Assembly: GCA_965153285.1 (NCBI GenBank)
Contig: OZ229119.1
Source: Podarcis tiliguerta
Lineage: Eukaryota
Reading direction: 5' to 3' (one strand)
DNA: 64,000 bases
Under the pieces are notes generated by a model. It was not told where the DNA came from. It did no database searches and worked only from the letters and a program-made list of their open reading frames with translations. The position numbers were made by a program, and so were the translations under genes. The first letter of the stretch is position 1; the number at the start of each line of letters is the position of its first letter. Shown here one piece after another: positions 51,177 through 62,821 of the stretch.

Positions 51177-53006
51177 GTGCAGTGCTGTTAAGGTTAATAG
51201 CAGTTTGGGGAAATGGTGAAAATCAGAAACAATCCCATTTATGGAGGAGCTGTGTTGCCCCAGAATTCCAGTTTACAACTAGGCTGTACAAGTCATAAGA
51301 TGTATTCCCATAGAGGTGCCCTTGATTATGAAGCTACTGCAAGGCCTTTACTCACATGGAATGCCATGCACTCATTCTAGCATAAAGGGTGCTGTCACAG
51401 GCAGGACATGTCTCAAAATACTTATGCTACACCTGGTAAGTAAAGGTAACGGTAAAGGGATCCCTGACCATTAGGTCCAGTCGTGGCCGATTCTGGGGTT
51501 GCGGCGCTCGTCTAGCTTTATTGGCTGAGGGAGCCGGCGTACAACTTCCGGTTCATGTGGCCAGCATGACTAAGCCGCTTCTGGCGAACCAGAGCAGCGC
51601 ACGGAAACGCCGTTTACCTTACCGCCGGAGTGGTACCTATTTATCTACTTGCATGTTGACGTGCTTTCGAACTGCTAGGTTGGCAGGAGTAGGGACCGAG
51701 CAACGGGAGCTCACCCTGTTGTGGGGATTTGAACCACCAACCTTCTGATCGGCAAGTCCTAGGCTCTGTAGTTTAACGCACAGCGCCACCTGCGTCCTGG
51801 TAAGTAGGTGGGCTCAGTTAAGATCAGCTAGGATTTTTGAGCATAGTTAATCTGAACACTGCTTAAATTCTATTGAAACTAGTAGGAGTTAATTTTCCCA
51901 TTGATTTCAACATGATTTTAGTTGGAATGGAGCCATCATGGGTGGCTGCAGAACCAAGCAGCAGCTTTCAAGGCTAGTGATCACACTTAATGAGCAAGCT
52001 CCACTCCAGGAGCAGTTAGCCAGGGGTAAGACCTACTGGAAACAATGGGACATAAGTTAGTCACAACCACCTTGAGCATAATTAGGGCTACAATCTACAT
52101 ATTTTTCCAGGACTATTGCTGCAGAGCTTAAATTTGTCTACTGAAGGAGAAACTTACTGTTATATTAACTGTGTCTTCATAGTTTCATGTGTATGCCTTT
52201 AAAAGAAGTATTCCTTGCAAGTTTTTTAAATAACCACTCTTTCCCCCACAAACATACACTCCACTGCCCCAATGTAAATCTCCCTGTTGGTGTCCTATGC
52301 ATCTATGCCATGGTTCTGGTCCAGAACAAGAGTCCCTGCAACTGTAAAAAGCAAACACGTGCCCACATGGGAAGAAGTAGCTCCCGTAATAAGCAGTTTC
52401 ACCCTGGCATTTTGGAGCTGCAATGCACAACATCTTTCTGTACCATTCACTGGCTTACAGCAAATAAGTCCATTGGTCCATCTCACACAGTATTAATGTA
52501 TTATGGTACACAAAGCACATGGTCCACCATTGACCTAGGACTCCTTCCTTAATTAGGCTTCTATTTTGCAAATGCTAATGAAACCAACAGCATCTTCATC
52601 TACACAGAACTGTGTGGGGACATACTTCAGAGTGAAGACTATTTTCAGGTTCTAGAGAGAGTTTAAAAACTAAATAGCTCTTTCCGTCTAAAACTAAATC
52701 TCTTTCTGTCTTATGCCTGGTACCCCTGTGTTTTTTTCTTTCCACCTCCTTTCCAGCAATTGAGGAGGCATCTAGAAAAATGCACACAATCAATCCATAT
52801 AGAACTTACCAAACAACAGTACGCAATCGTAATTAGCAGCACATTAACTTGCCATTGCTTTTGCCATGCTTTCCATTAGAACGTATGCAAATTCTTCCCA
52901 CCCCAAAGAACTACTAAAGCAAACCCTCTGCATCAATTCACTGTTGGAAAAATGTAAAACACAAGAACTGTGCAGCCCAGTACAACCTCTACCGGAAGAA
53001 GGATAT
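51177..53006 (-). other. CACNA2D4: U12-type (minor spliceosome) AT-AC intron of CACNA2D4
   Basis: Minus-strand 5' end |ATATCCTTC (53006-52998), branch site CCTTAAC (51193-51187), 3' end GCAC| at 51177, no polypyrimidine tract. The junction T|AT restores Tyr in EVKYNAS. Confidence 0.93.
51443..51797 (-). mobile_element. Sauria SINE, full length, inside the U12 intron
   Basis: Same head, body and tail as the 3644 copy. TSD cctggtaagta at 51432-51442 and 51796-51806. Confidence 0.92.
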
Positions 53007-53119
53007 ATTTGACTTCTTTAGGTTGCAGTAGGACAGGTGGAAAGATGCTGCAGTCACATACAGCATCCACAACCAGGAGCAGGAGATTGCTGTTGGTAAT
53101 TTGCTGCACCACAAACATC
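53007..53119 (-). CDS. CACNA2D4: CACNA2D4 exon: (K)MFVVQQITNSNLLLLVVDAVCDCSIFPPVLLQPKEVK(Y)
   Basis: cccttacAG acceptor, 113 nt, QQIxNSNLLLLVxDxxCDCS motif of the delta subunit. It lies within track ORF 52933..53145. Confidence 0.95.
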
Positions 53120-53199
53120 CTGTAAGGGCGAGAAGATCCCCCCACCCCAAGAGACTATGGTCAGAACAGAAGGTTACAGAATACTCCCCTTGCCCCTTC

Positions 53200-53318
53200 C
53201 AGAGGTGTCTTTTTCCAGCAGGAACTCAGTTCTGGCACCTCTCAGGTGGGTGCCATTGACATTCTAAGATAACAAGGGAGGTGAGTTCCAACACTTTTTT
53301 TCTAGAAAAATAGCACTG
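53200..53318. mobile_element. Short hAT-like MITE (same family as 55326-55460)
   Basis: Shares gaactcagtt..ctcaggtgggt..aacaagggagg..gtgagtt..tttttctagaaaaatagcactg. Confidence 0.7.
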
Positions 53319-54220
53319 CCCTTCCCTTCCCACCACCACAAACAAGCACATGGTTCAAGCAATAGGAAACAGCAAGAATTAAAGCAAATGGGAAGGGGGC
53401 AGAGGAAAATATATTTAGTTAATAAATGGGAATACTATTAGGGAATACTCAGAACTGAGTTGAAGACTGCCATTTTCAATTACACAAATACAATGTTATT
53501 GCATTGGAGGCAGAATGGTTGAGAAACTTAAGCTGTGGGTTATAAAGCAGGGACAAATCCTGCTTTAATACTGTAGTGCAGCTCTTGTGTAAATGGATTG
53601 ATATGATACTTGACTCTGGATGGGAATGTAGCATCTACATACATAGTGTGTGTGTATCCATGCACAATTCAGAGGTTGTAGGTTTTTGAGTGTTCATCTT
53701 CAATCTACTCTGCATTATAAGCATAGTGCTCATGCATGGAAGGGCCTGCAGAAGAACTAATTGTGTATGTATAGAAGCACATTGACTTAAGTACAACACA
53801 GTTATGTGTGCCAAGGTAGGATTGCAGATTCAGAGTGTGTGTTCAAGCCAGTGTAAATGTATGTACAGGACTGACCTGTGTATTAAAGTGTATGTGTGGG
53901 GAGATCAACCCTAAACAGCTATGCCCATGTGTCCTGACTTCCATGCAAGTGGCCGAATACTGAGGGATCAGCTTGTGATGTGGACAGACTCTGCCCACAT
54001 GACACTGAGGCTACAACTCCTCCATTCTGTGTCTGCTCGCTTCTCTAGCCATGAATACCATGCAGTATTTGGACCGCGAGCTTGAATTCTCATTTATTGT
54101 ATATGTGTCATTTTCATAGTTACTATTAATTATTTTCTGACAACTTAAAGTGTTCATGTTCAACTAATATGGAAAATGCATCCTAAGCATGCCTATAGCC
54201 AAAAAAACCAATAGTCCTCT

Positions 54221-54238
54221 ACTGCCCTCTGCTGGGGG
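54221..54238 (-). promoter_or_regulatory. CTCF-like motif, reverse
   Basis: Minus-strand CCCCAGCAGAGGGCAGT matches CCASYAGRKGGCR. Confidence 0.55.
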
Positions 54239-54454
54239 GCTATGAGTGGTGTGTACTTAGCTAAAAGCTAAAAGTTCCATCTTAATATTTAGCACCTGAG
54301 TTTTAGTTCTTAGATCACCTCTTGTGGGCTTGTGGAGCCTTTATTCAAATGGCCATCTCTGCAAACAGAATCCTGGCAGCTGTACCCAGCTGGGTACCAT
54401 GTCTGAGTTAATGGAATCATTTAAAAGCAGCTTGTGTAGGTAAGCTAGTTTCAT

Positions 54455-54483
54455 TAAAATAAAATAAAATAAAATAAAATAAT
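54455..54483. repeat. (TAAAA)n
   Basis: Directly visible. Confidence 0.93.
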
Positions 54484-54583
54484 ATGCTTCATGTGCATAA
54501 TCTTAGGGCTGGTTCAAATGTTACATTTGAGTGATAAGCTTTTCCTTCAGCAACACTCCCTACAGAAGTGGCAATATCTAGAA

Positions 54584-54858
54584 CAGTAGTTCTCAAACTC
54601 CACCCCCCAGTCCACTTGAAATTTGCTGAGGGTCTTGGGGAACCACTTAATGATATTTCTACCTGCTGTAGCAGTTGCAATTCCACAGAATTCAATTTGT
54701 AATACAGTATTAAGAAAATAAAGGAAGTGATAACAATGCAATTAAAAATTGACACAAAACTAAATGCAAAGGATGTATGATTTCCCATCTTCAGCCACAA
54801 ATTCACAGACACCTTGAGAACCACTTGTGGTCCACAGACCACACTTCAGGAATCCCTG
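54584..54858. mobile_element. hAT (Charlie-like) non-autonomous element
   Basis: Degenerate TIRs CAGTAGTTCTCAAAC / CTTCAGGAATCCCTG, 8-bp TSD atctagaa / atctggaa (7/8). Confidence 0.75.
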
Positions 54859-55325
54859 ATCTGGAAGCTTCCTACCTGCTTCAACCACCCAAGTGAATGA
54901 AGCATCCAACTCCCAGCACCATAATTCCCAATGGTGTAAGTGTGGGATGCTGCAATAAGAAGCTTTTAGATATTAGAGCTGTGAACATTACATGAAAATA
55001 CTAATGTCTGAATTAGTCCTTAGCTTCCTTACAATAATCATGTAAGGTAGATCAGTTAGGGGGCAAGAGGGGAGGGAGAGAGAGAGAACAATTTTCTGGA
55101 GATCACTTGCTGAGTTCATGCTGAGCTAAGAAATTGCCCCATGTGATTTATCCATTATGTTTATACCAACCATCATAGGAATTGCTTCAGAAACTATCTG
55201 GTATTAGTAGCTACACAGGAGAGACATGTGTTGCTAAGAGCAAGGCTGAGCTTATTTGCACAAGACAAAGTATTCAAATCTAATTTGCTCCTAGTATGAT
55301 GTACCTGCAACCAATGCCCTGACAG

Positions 55326-55460
55326 AAGGGCTTTTTTCAGCTGGAACTCACCAGAACTCAGTTTCAGCACTGCTCAGGTGGGTACCCTTGCCATTAGAAG
55401 AGAACAAGGGAGGAATTCATGGTGAGTTCTGGCACCTCTTTTTCTAGAAAAATAGCACTG
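55326..55460. mobile_element. Short hAT-like MITE
   Basis: Ends aAGGGCTTTTTT / AAAAATAGCACTG, 8-bp TSD cctgacag / cttgacag. A second copy is at 53200-53318. Confidence 0.75.
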
Positions 55461-55942
55461 CTTGACAGTATAAATGAGAGAGGAGAAAAGATAATGCCTA
55501 AGGCAGGGCTGACAGTTCTCAAACTCACTATAGCCAGACTTGAGTCTGTCTGTTTTTTGGAAACAGCATCAAATGCTCAGATATTCTGGTGTCAGTATTC
55601 AGTGTTTAGGCACACTGAGTAGTTTAATGTTGGCAAAGTAGAGTTCTTACAGGTAAACATGCCTCTCAGCCCTTGCATGCAGTTTAGAATGAGTGACGTA
55701 AGTTCTCTAAATGAGGGACAATCTCACATGGGAAAACACTCTATGGAGAGCTTTGTGTGAAAAGAAGATTGCCTTGAAAAGAAATGGATGTTGAACAGAA
55801 TTAACTTATCTGTGGGCCCTTATGGATATGAATTATTTGGAACAGGAATGTTCTACACTGAAGCAAATGCCCTAACCTATAAAGAAAAAAACAGAAAAAA
55901 ACATGATCATGTTCAGTTTTGCCTATCTTTCTAAAGGGAATT

Positions 55943-56700
55943 CACAGAACCACAGAATTGTAGAGTTGGAAGGGACCTCAAGGGTCATCTAGTCCAACCC
56001 CCTGCAATGCAGGAATCTCAGCTAAAGCATCCATGGCAGATGATCATCTAGATAAAGGTAAAGGACCCCTGACAGTTAAGTCCAGTTGGGTGCTGGTTGT
56101 GGTGCTCATCTCGCTTTACTGGCCGAGGGAGCCGATGTTTGTTTGCAGATAGTTTTTCCGGGTCATGTGGCCAGCATGACTAAGCCACTTCTGGCGAAAC
56201 CAGAGCAGCGCACGGAAACACCGTTTACCTTCCCGCCAGAGCGGTACCTATTAATCTACTTGCACTCTGACGTGCTTTCGAACTGCTAGGTTGGCAGTAG
56301 CTGGGACCGAACAACGGGAGCTCACCCCATCGTGGGGATTCGAACCACCAACCTTCTGATCGGCAAGCCCAAGGCTCAGTAGTTTACACCACAGTGTCAC
56401 CCGTGTCCTCTGTTTAAAAACCTCTGAGGAAGGAGAGTTCACCACCTTCCAAAGGAGTCCATTCTACTGTCTACTGTCTTACTGCCAGAAAGTTCTTCCT
56501 GATATTTAGATGGAATCTCTTGTAATTTGAATCCATTGGTTTGGGTTCTACCCTCCAGAGCAAACAAGTTTGCTTCAACTTCCAATATTCCTTTAGATAT
56601 TTGAAGATGGCTATCATCTCTTCTCTTAGTCTCCTTTTTCCCAGGCTAAACATACCCAGCTCCTTCAACCATTCCTCATAAGGTTGGTTTCCAGACCCTT
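55943..56700 (-). mobile_element. CR1 LINE 3' fragment, split by a Sauria SINE
   Basis: cacagaaccacagaat terminus and [24 protein letters not shown] remnant. Colinear with 37793-38372. Confidence 0.88.
56053..56408 (-). mobile_element. Sauria SINE nested in a CR1 fragment
   Basis: taaaggtaaagg tail and a conserved body. It interrupts CR1 sequence that is contiguous in the 37.8-kb copy. Confidence 0.9.
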
Positions 56701-57102
56701 ACAAGGCCTGGTTTCCAGTGAAGAGTGTGGCTGAGGAGAGTTCTAAGGACCAGACAGAGAGACTAGGAGGGCAAAATGTGGTTCTGGGTCTGAGGTCCCC
56801 CACCTGTGCACTAGGCAAAGAGTGTGTTCAAGGCAGACCTTGGTACCTGGCAGGTTCATGCAGAAGGAAGTGGTCTGTGAGGGACCTGGGTCCTAAGCAA
56901 TTGTCACTACTATTGTTATTAACGGACACTTGAATTGAGGTTGGAATAGTTCATAGTTGCAGGCAATTCAGAAGAAATTGTGGAAAATAAGAGGCATTGC
57001 AAGGATAACAAGGGACAGTTAGTTTGCTTGGAGATCAGACTAACCAGGGACAATTGAGAGGCACAGGTAGGAGAAAAGGAAGAAAGAGAGCACATTTCTT
57101 AC

Positions 57103-57220
57103 TTCTGACAGTCTCCGCATTCAATAATCCCATTGGTCTCTTTGATGGCAGGTTCATATACAAACACTGGGTATTCTGTGTCACATGGCTGTAGCATGTC
57201 GTGCTTCTTGTGCTTGTGAG
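57103..57220 (-). CDS. CACNA2D4: CACNA2D4 exon: (A)[38 protein letters not shown](K)
   Basis: cctctttttccccatctcAG acceptor and AA|GTAAGA donor, 118 nt, [11 protein letters not shown] motif. Phases match the flanking exons. Confidence 0.95.
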
Positions 57221-57326
57221 CTGAGATGGGGAAAAAGAGGCTGAGTGAGAAAATCAGGTGAAGGAAACAAATGAGGTGTGGAAAAAAGAAGCGGAAAAAT
57301 GTTGACCCAAAAACGAAGATTACTGG

Positions 57327-57343
57327 CAGCCACTAGGTGGTGT
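57327..57343 (+). promoter_or_regulatory. CTCF-like motif, forward (one core mismatch)
   Basis: CAGCCACTAGGTGGTGT. Confidence 0.4.
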
Positions 57344-60300
57344 GGGAGACTCAGTGTATGAGGATGCCCTAGAAGCATGAATATGGCCACCCTTCAGCCA
57401 ATGGTCGGATTATGTAGCTATCAGTCTGACAGGCTGTTTACTGCTAGAAAGTCAAAATACACAAACAAGTGGGAAACCACTTGCAGTTAGTTCATGGTTA
57501 GAATCAAACCAGCTGGCCAAGACATTACTAGGTGGCTCATATGGGGGAAACAGGAAGACTTTTTACTAACGACAGTGACTGCGTGAAATATAGCGGGCTG
57601 AGCTGGGCTAGTACAGCACCAATCTTTAGTAACTGCAGCTAAATACCTAAGAAGGAAGCTTTACTAGAAAGAAAGTCCACTACCCAGCTCCCACTAGCCA
57701 ACATAGGAACTGACTACTTGCAGTGGAAAGATCTACATTTTGGGGACCCTGAAGCTTGAACTGTTACGGGGGCCCTTCGGCATCAGCAACAAAGCCTGAG
57801 TAACCACTGTTATCTTCTTCAATGGGGTTGTTCCATGACAGATCACCAAACCTTTACAACACCTGTGCTACTGACTTTCAGACTTTGGAATTGTTGAAAT
57901 ATATACAAAAATAATAATAATCACTTTTGAAGTTTCTGGAAAGCTGAAATCCAAAACATTTAAGAAAGCATAAATATTGTTAATTTTGTTGCATGTCAAC
58001 ATTTTTAACATTTAGGTGCATTATTTATTTATTTTAAAGAAACACCAGGTGTCATTGTGATATTTTGAAGGACAATGTATGATGTTTAGATTTGAGGATA
58101 GCTGAGATAATGCATGGATATGTTTGCACAGAGAAAAAAATAATTAGCTGCCAGATAGTCAGGGAGTGGGTGAACTGGTTGGTTACCAATAACAGCAGAA
58201 GTTTGCATTTGATAAAACTAACTGTGGGGCTGCTGTTCTTCAAACAGAGAAATGCCTAAAATGCTGTTGGACATTTGCATCACACTGGCCTGAGGGAGAA
58301 AAGCTGTGCTGGCATTTATTCTCTTGTGTGATGACGACAACTCAGAGACGCAAAGATACTGCAAATGTCACACAAACACGTATAGAGTCTGTGTCACTCA
58401 TTGGGAGTCGAGACAGTGACAAATATCCAAAAAACACACCTTTTTCTAGTTTGTTTTTAATCTATCCATTTTTATCTCCCTGCCCTTCAAGGAGCTCAGG
58501 ATCCTCTTATCATCACAACTCCCTTCTCAGGTAGGTAAAACCTGTGAACTCTTGGAATTGGAATCAAGCAGGTGGTTGAGCTTGTCCAACACTCTAACAA
58601 TCCTGGCTCTTTCACAAATCTGTGACTGTAGCTTTTGTGAAAATTGCAGTGCTCTCTAATCTGGACACAAAGCTTGCAACACCATTGCACACAAAATGAA
58701 GACTTGTGTAGCCCATCTGTCAAGCACCAGTGAAGCGGGGAGAGAGAACGGGACTCGCCTTTCCTTGTTGCTTCCTGCTGGGAAGTGAGTATCAGAGCTC
58801 CCATTGCTTTGTCACAATGGCACCTGTCCTTCCTGAGGGGTTTGCAGGTGACTGAATCTCTGCTTCAGTGAAACCATCACTGACAATCTGATTCCTCCCG
58901 TTGCTTTTCTTTGCCTGTAATGTTGTTCACCAAGTTTCCCTCAACGTAGCTATGCAGCAGATTCCCTGTTCTAATCTTTCAACTATGAAGCAGGCTATTT
59001 TAACACAACCTCCCTCAACTGGGATTAAAACCGAAATAAATTTATGCCAGATGGTGCAATGAGTATTGCAAACAACACCTATTTCTTCTTCCTAGGTCTT
59101 ATTAAGTTTCCATGCTGTATAGCAAGGATTTGTCCGGTCCTGCATATGTCACCCTGATGTTTTGCATTACCCCTCTGCCCTAAATTGGTTGTCTTGTCTA
59201 AGGTCTTCTAGATAAGATTCCAACCTGGAACCCCTCAACTCACCAACTCCCTAAAAACTAATAAAGGCAGCTGATTAGACAGCTTGTTTACAATGTGACA
59301 AAATGTAGGTGGGCAGGAGTCTTAACCACAGTGCAATCCTGATTGGGGGAGCCAGATTTAGCATCTGTATAGATAGACCCCATATTCAGCACTCAATATA
59401 TTTTCTAGGTTTCTCTTCTAGTGCACCTTACTAAAACCTAGAAATTACCCAACATGGAAAATATGTGGCCTATCCAGGATGCAAAACTGTGAGTTACAGC
59501 CGTGCAGTTACATGTCCACAACCAGCTCACTTTACATATCCAAACTTTGACTCTCCCTCTCCTCAAGGTAGAACTGCATCAGTGTCATGTATGGAAGGGA
59601 AGATCCACAGCATGCTTTCCATCTTCTTATTGTGTTTCATTCACAAATAACATTTGCTCTTGGAGCCACAGAGATTCATTCTGTTCAAACTCCCTTTTGT
59701 CTCTCTGTTAAACCACACTTTAACTGGATCGGAAGTGAATTTCCTCATACCCCAAACAGTTCCTTGGACCCAGAGCAATAACAGCAATAAATTGAGCCTG
59801 GGGAGAGGGAACAAATCCAGTCAGCTTCAACAGCGCAGAACACAGTGAAGCCACGGCTACATTTGGGGCAGGGCATTCCCTTCCCCCCTCACCCCCCAGC
59901 TTCATTCCACAGATGAGCATGAATTAACACCTGAGCAGCATCGGCAAAAGGGAGCAAAATGTCACTGCCATCCTGATATTTGCAGTCACATTGATCTGGA
60001 AAAATAACAACAGAGATAGGTTTTTAAATTGCTGGCATTTCACTGTCAGCAGGGCAGCCCAAAGATATTTTTTTTCTAGCCCAAGCAGCCGTCCATGTGA
60101 CCAGAGATCGGCACCTCTGCACCATTTTATGATATAGCAAAGGGCATTGAGTTTCTGTATCTCTGCTTTCCTAAGTCATATATTATTAAATATACAAGAC
60201 CACTGAGTGGTTTACATAAAACACAGTAAAATTGTATGAAATCTCTCTCACAGATTGCTAGATGTTACGGCACGTGCACAGGACAGCTGCTCCCCAGCGG

Positions 60301-60728
60301 GGGGGCTGGTGTCTATTGGGATAGGCAGGCCGTAAGGCATGGATGCCAACAGTAGGAGGAGCCAGAGCTGATGATAGGCAGAACTAATTCTAGTTTAACC
60401 CCAATCCTCCTCCATAGAAGGGCAACAGTGGCACTTCTAAGAAACCAGCAGGCAGGGCCAGCCCCTGGACTGGTTGTGAGAAAGAAGGCAGTTGGGAGCT
60501 GGTTGCGGTTGGTAGGGCAGTGCCCTATTGGCCTAACAGATCAGCGCCCACTGCCTTCGGAAGCAATCTGTGCTCCCTTCTCTGTCTTCCAGCCCTCATG
60601 GGGAAATAACTAAACCCCCAAATATTACTCTCCACCAGTTACTCCTATGCCCCTGTCCTACTTCCCCAATTCCTCCGAGGCTTATAATCCACCAGCAAGA
60701 GTCTGGAGGATTGGAGCCTCTTAGCCCC

Positions 60729-60772
<44 letters not shown>

Positions 60773-60792
60773 ATCTATTTATTTATTTATTT
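60729..60792. repeat. (TCTA)n(TTTA)n microsatellite
   Basis: Directly visible. Confidence 0.97.
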
Positions 60793-61084
60793 GAATTTAT
60801 ATACCGCCGTCTCAGGGCAGTTCACCCTTACCTACCTGTAGGCCATCCTGGCTGATTACCGGCTGGGCTACTCATGAGCAAGCAAGCAGTTTAACAGCTT
60901 CTTCTCCACAGGAGCTTTAGCAACTGCTGATGTTTGGAATTTGGGAAGGAAATACTACCTCTTGCCAGGATATCATAGAGAAGGTTTTTTCTCTCCTTGA
61001 CTAAGGGCAGGCTGGTGCTCAGCTGACCTGGGAAGTACCCTCACATGCCCCAGCTCTTACATGTTGAAGCTTTAGTGACATACT

Positions 61085-61252
61085 GGAACATGGGAAGTTA
61101 CTGGACTGTCTAGCTCAGTATGGTCTACACCAATTGGCAGCAGCTCCTCAGGGTTTCAGCTCGAAGCTATTTTCAGCCCTACCTGGGAAATAAGGATTGA
61201 ACTTGGTGTCTTCTTCATGCAAAGCAGGTGCTACACCACGGAGCTATGGCCC
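61085..61252 (-). mobile_element. tRNA-derived SINE (Squam3-like)
   Basis: Same family. Minus-strand head gggccatagctccgtggtgtagcacctgctttgcatg with a B-box-like gttcaatcc. Confidence 0.7.
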
Positions 61253-62800
61253 ATCCCCTGTTGTTGGGTTTACTGGTAGCTAATCATGATGACAAATAGT
61301 GTAAACGATGCAAAGAGTTTTAATATTTATCTTGGTTAGCTATATCTTATTGACATAAGGGCAGCTCCCATATTCCTTATTTCTATAGACAAGCCATTTA
61401 TCAGCCAGCCTTTGTCTGAATGGTGGAGGGGGAATAAAGGGCTAGAGCTGCTTATTCAGCCAACCTGTAATCATATCTGCTTCTCTAACATAAATAAATT
61501 ATGAGAAAGTTGAATGAACTTATTTATTGAAGTTGCTCTAGCCATCAGAACCTGACTATCTGCAGTTGTCTGAATAATACAGTTTTGCTGGATTTCCAGT
61601 TGAGTGATTACCACCTGTCCTCATGCAATTCTGCAAACAGGCTGAAGTTTCTTTCGGATAGATTCTTGCCCACCTCTAGCTAATTATCTCTACTTGCATT
61701 TTGTACCTACTGAGAATGCAAGAATGTCCTCTCATGTTTCTTTCTGAGCTCCATATTTGACCTGGATCCTCTGATTATTATGGATCCTTTTAGAGCAACC
61801 ATAGTACATGGGAGCTCTGCTTGGGGCTCAACTAAGGTTACCTCCCTTCCTGCATGATGCAACCACCACCATGTCTTTTCTCTTGCACGAGTGGCACCTC
61901 CCTAGTCCACCCTTCCTCCTTTCTTCATCATCCTGTTGTTGGGTTTACTGGTAACATGCTAATTATCATGCAAACACTTAGGCCTGGCCTGATTCAATTA
62001 CCACTCATGAACAATTGAACAGAGGAAATAACTCCTTGAAGTTCTTACTCTACCTCTAGACCTTGGGATACTAAGCATTATTTGAGACATCAGGCGCCAA
62101 CTCCAGAAGCAGCACCTATTGGTCTGGCCTAGTATGACAGATAGCAAGATCAGACTGTAGATTAAAAGCACCATAGGAAGGCCTATGCATTTGTATAATG
62201 TGTAAATGTATTGAGAATGATATGGGGGGGAGGGAGGGGGTAGAATAGAAGATGGAATGCTGATAAACCTTGCAACTTTTCAAATACTAATTTGTTCCTT
62301 TATAATGGACCAGGCTTGTTGTAAAATATCATTAATATTGAAGGGCAAGATTTGCAAATATCAATATAAGATTCACTTTAGCAGTGTACAACAGAATTCT
62401 CCACCCATTGCCTATTTCCCAGTAAGAACTGCTGCCATGCAACCTTAGTTCATTTCAGCAAGGCTTATATGGGTGAACCCACATGCTTTGCACAAGCTGC
62501 TGTTGTTTGCACATATTGGCACATCCCTAGAGCTGCTGTACATCTTTATATTCAAGGTTACAGCTGGACCAGCAAGTGCAGAAACGTGCAGTGAAGTATG
62601 CCAATCACAAAGTGAGTGGTAGCCCAATAATTAAACAAGTAGTGATATCTCTGTTTTCAACTAGGCAGTCGCAGCTAATTCCTGAACAGCTGTGAAGTGG
62701 GAAAGAAATTGCCCCCAGTTTTCTGGGCAAATCTGCTTGGGTGTTCTCCTGTTTCCAGAAAATGGAGATCTTTTTGCCGCACTATAATGATTCTACTTAC

Positions 62801-62821
62801 CATGATGGAAAACAGCCTTAG
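62801..62821 (-). CDS. CACNA2D4: CACNA2D4 21-nt microexon: (A)KAVFHH(A)
   Basis: On the minus strand, tatatAG|CT AAG GCT GTT TTC CAT CAT G|GTAAGT, phase 1-1. It corresponds to the AKSVFHHS segment that precedes HKHKK in mammalian alpha2delta-4 as I recall it. Confidence 0.88.

Noticed and set aside
51781-51797. GGACGCAGGTGGCGCTG in the Sauria SINE head as a CTCF site
   Set aside because: The 3' half matches but the conserved 5' CCA of the core is missing.
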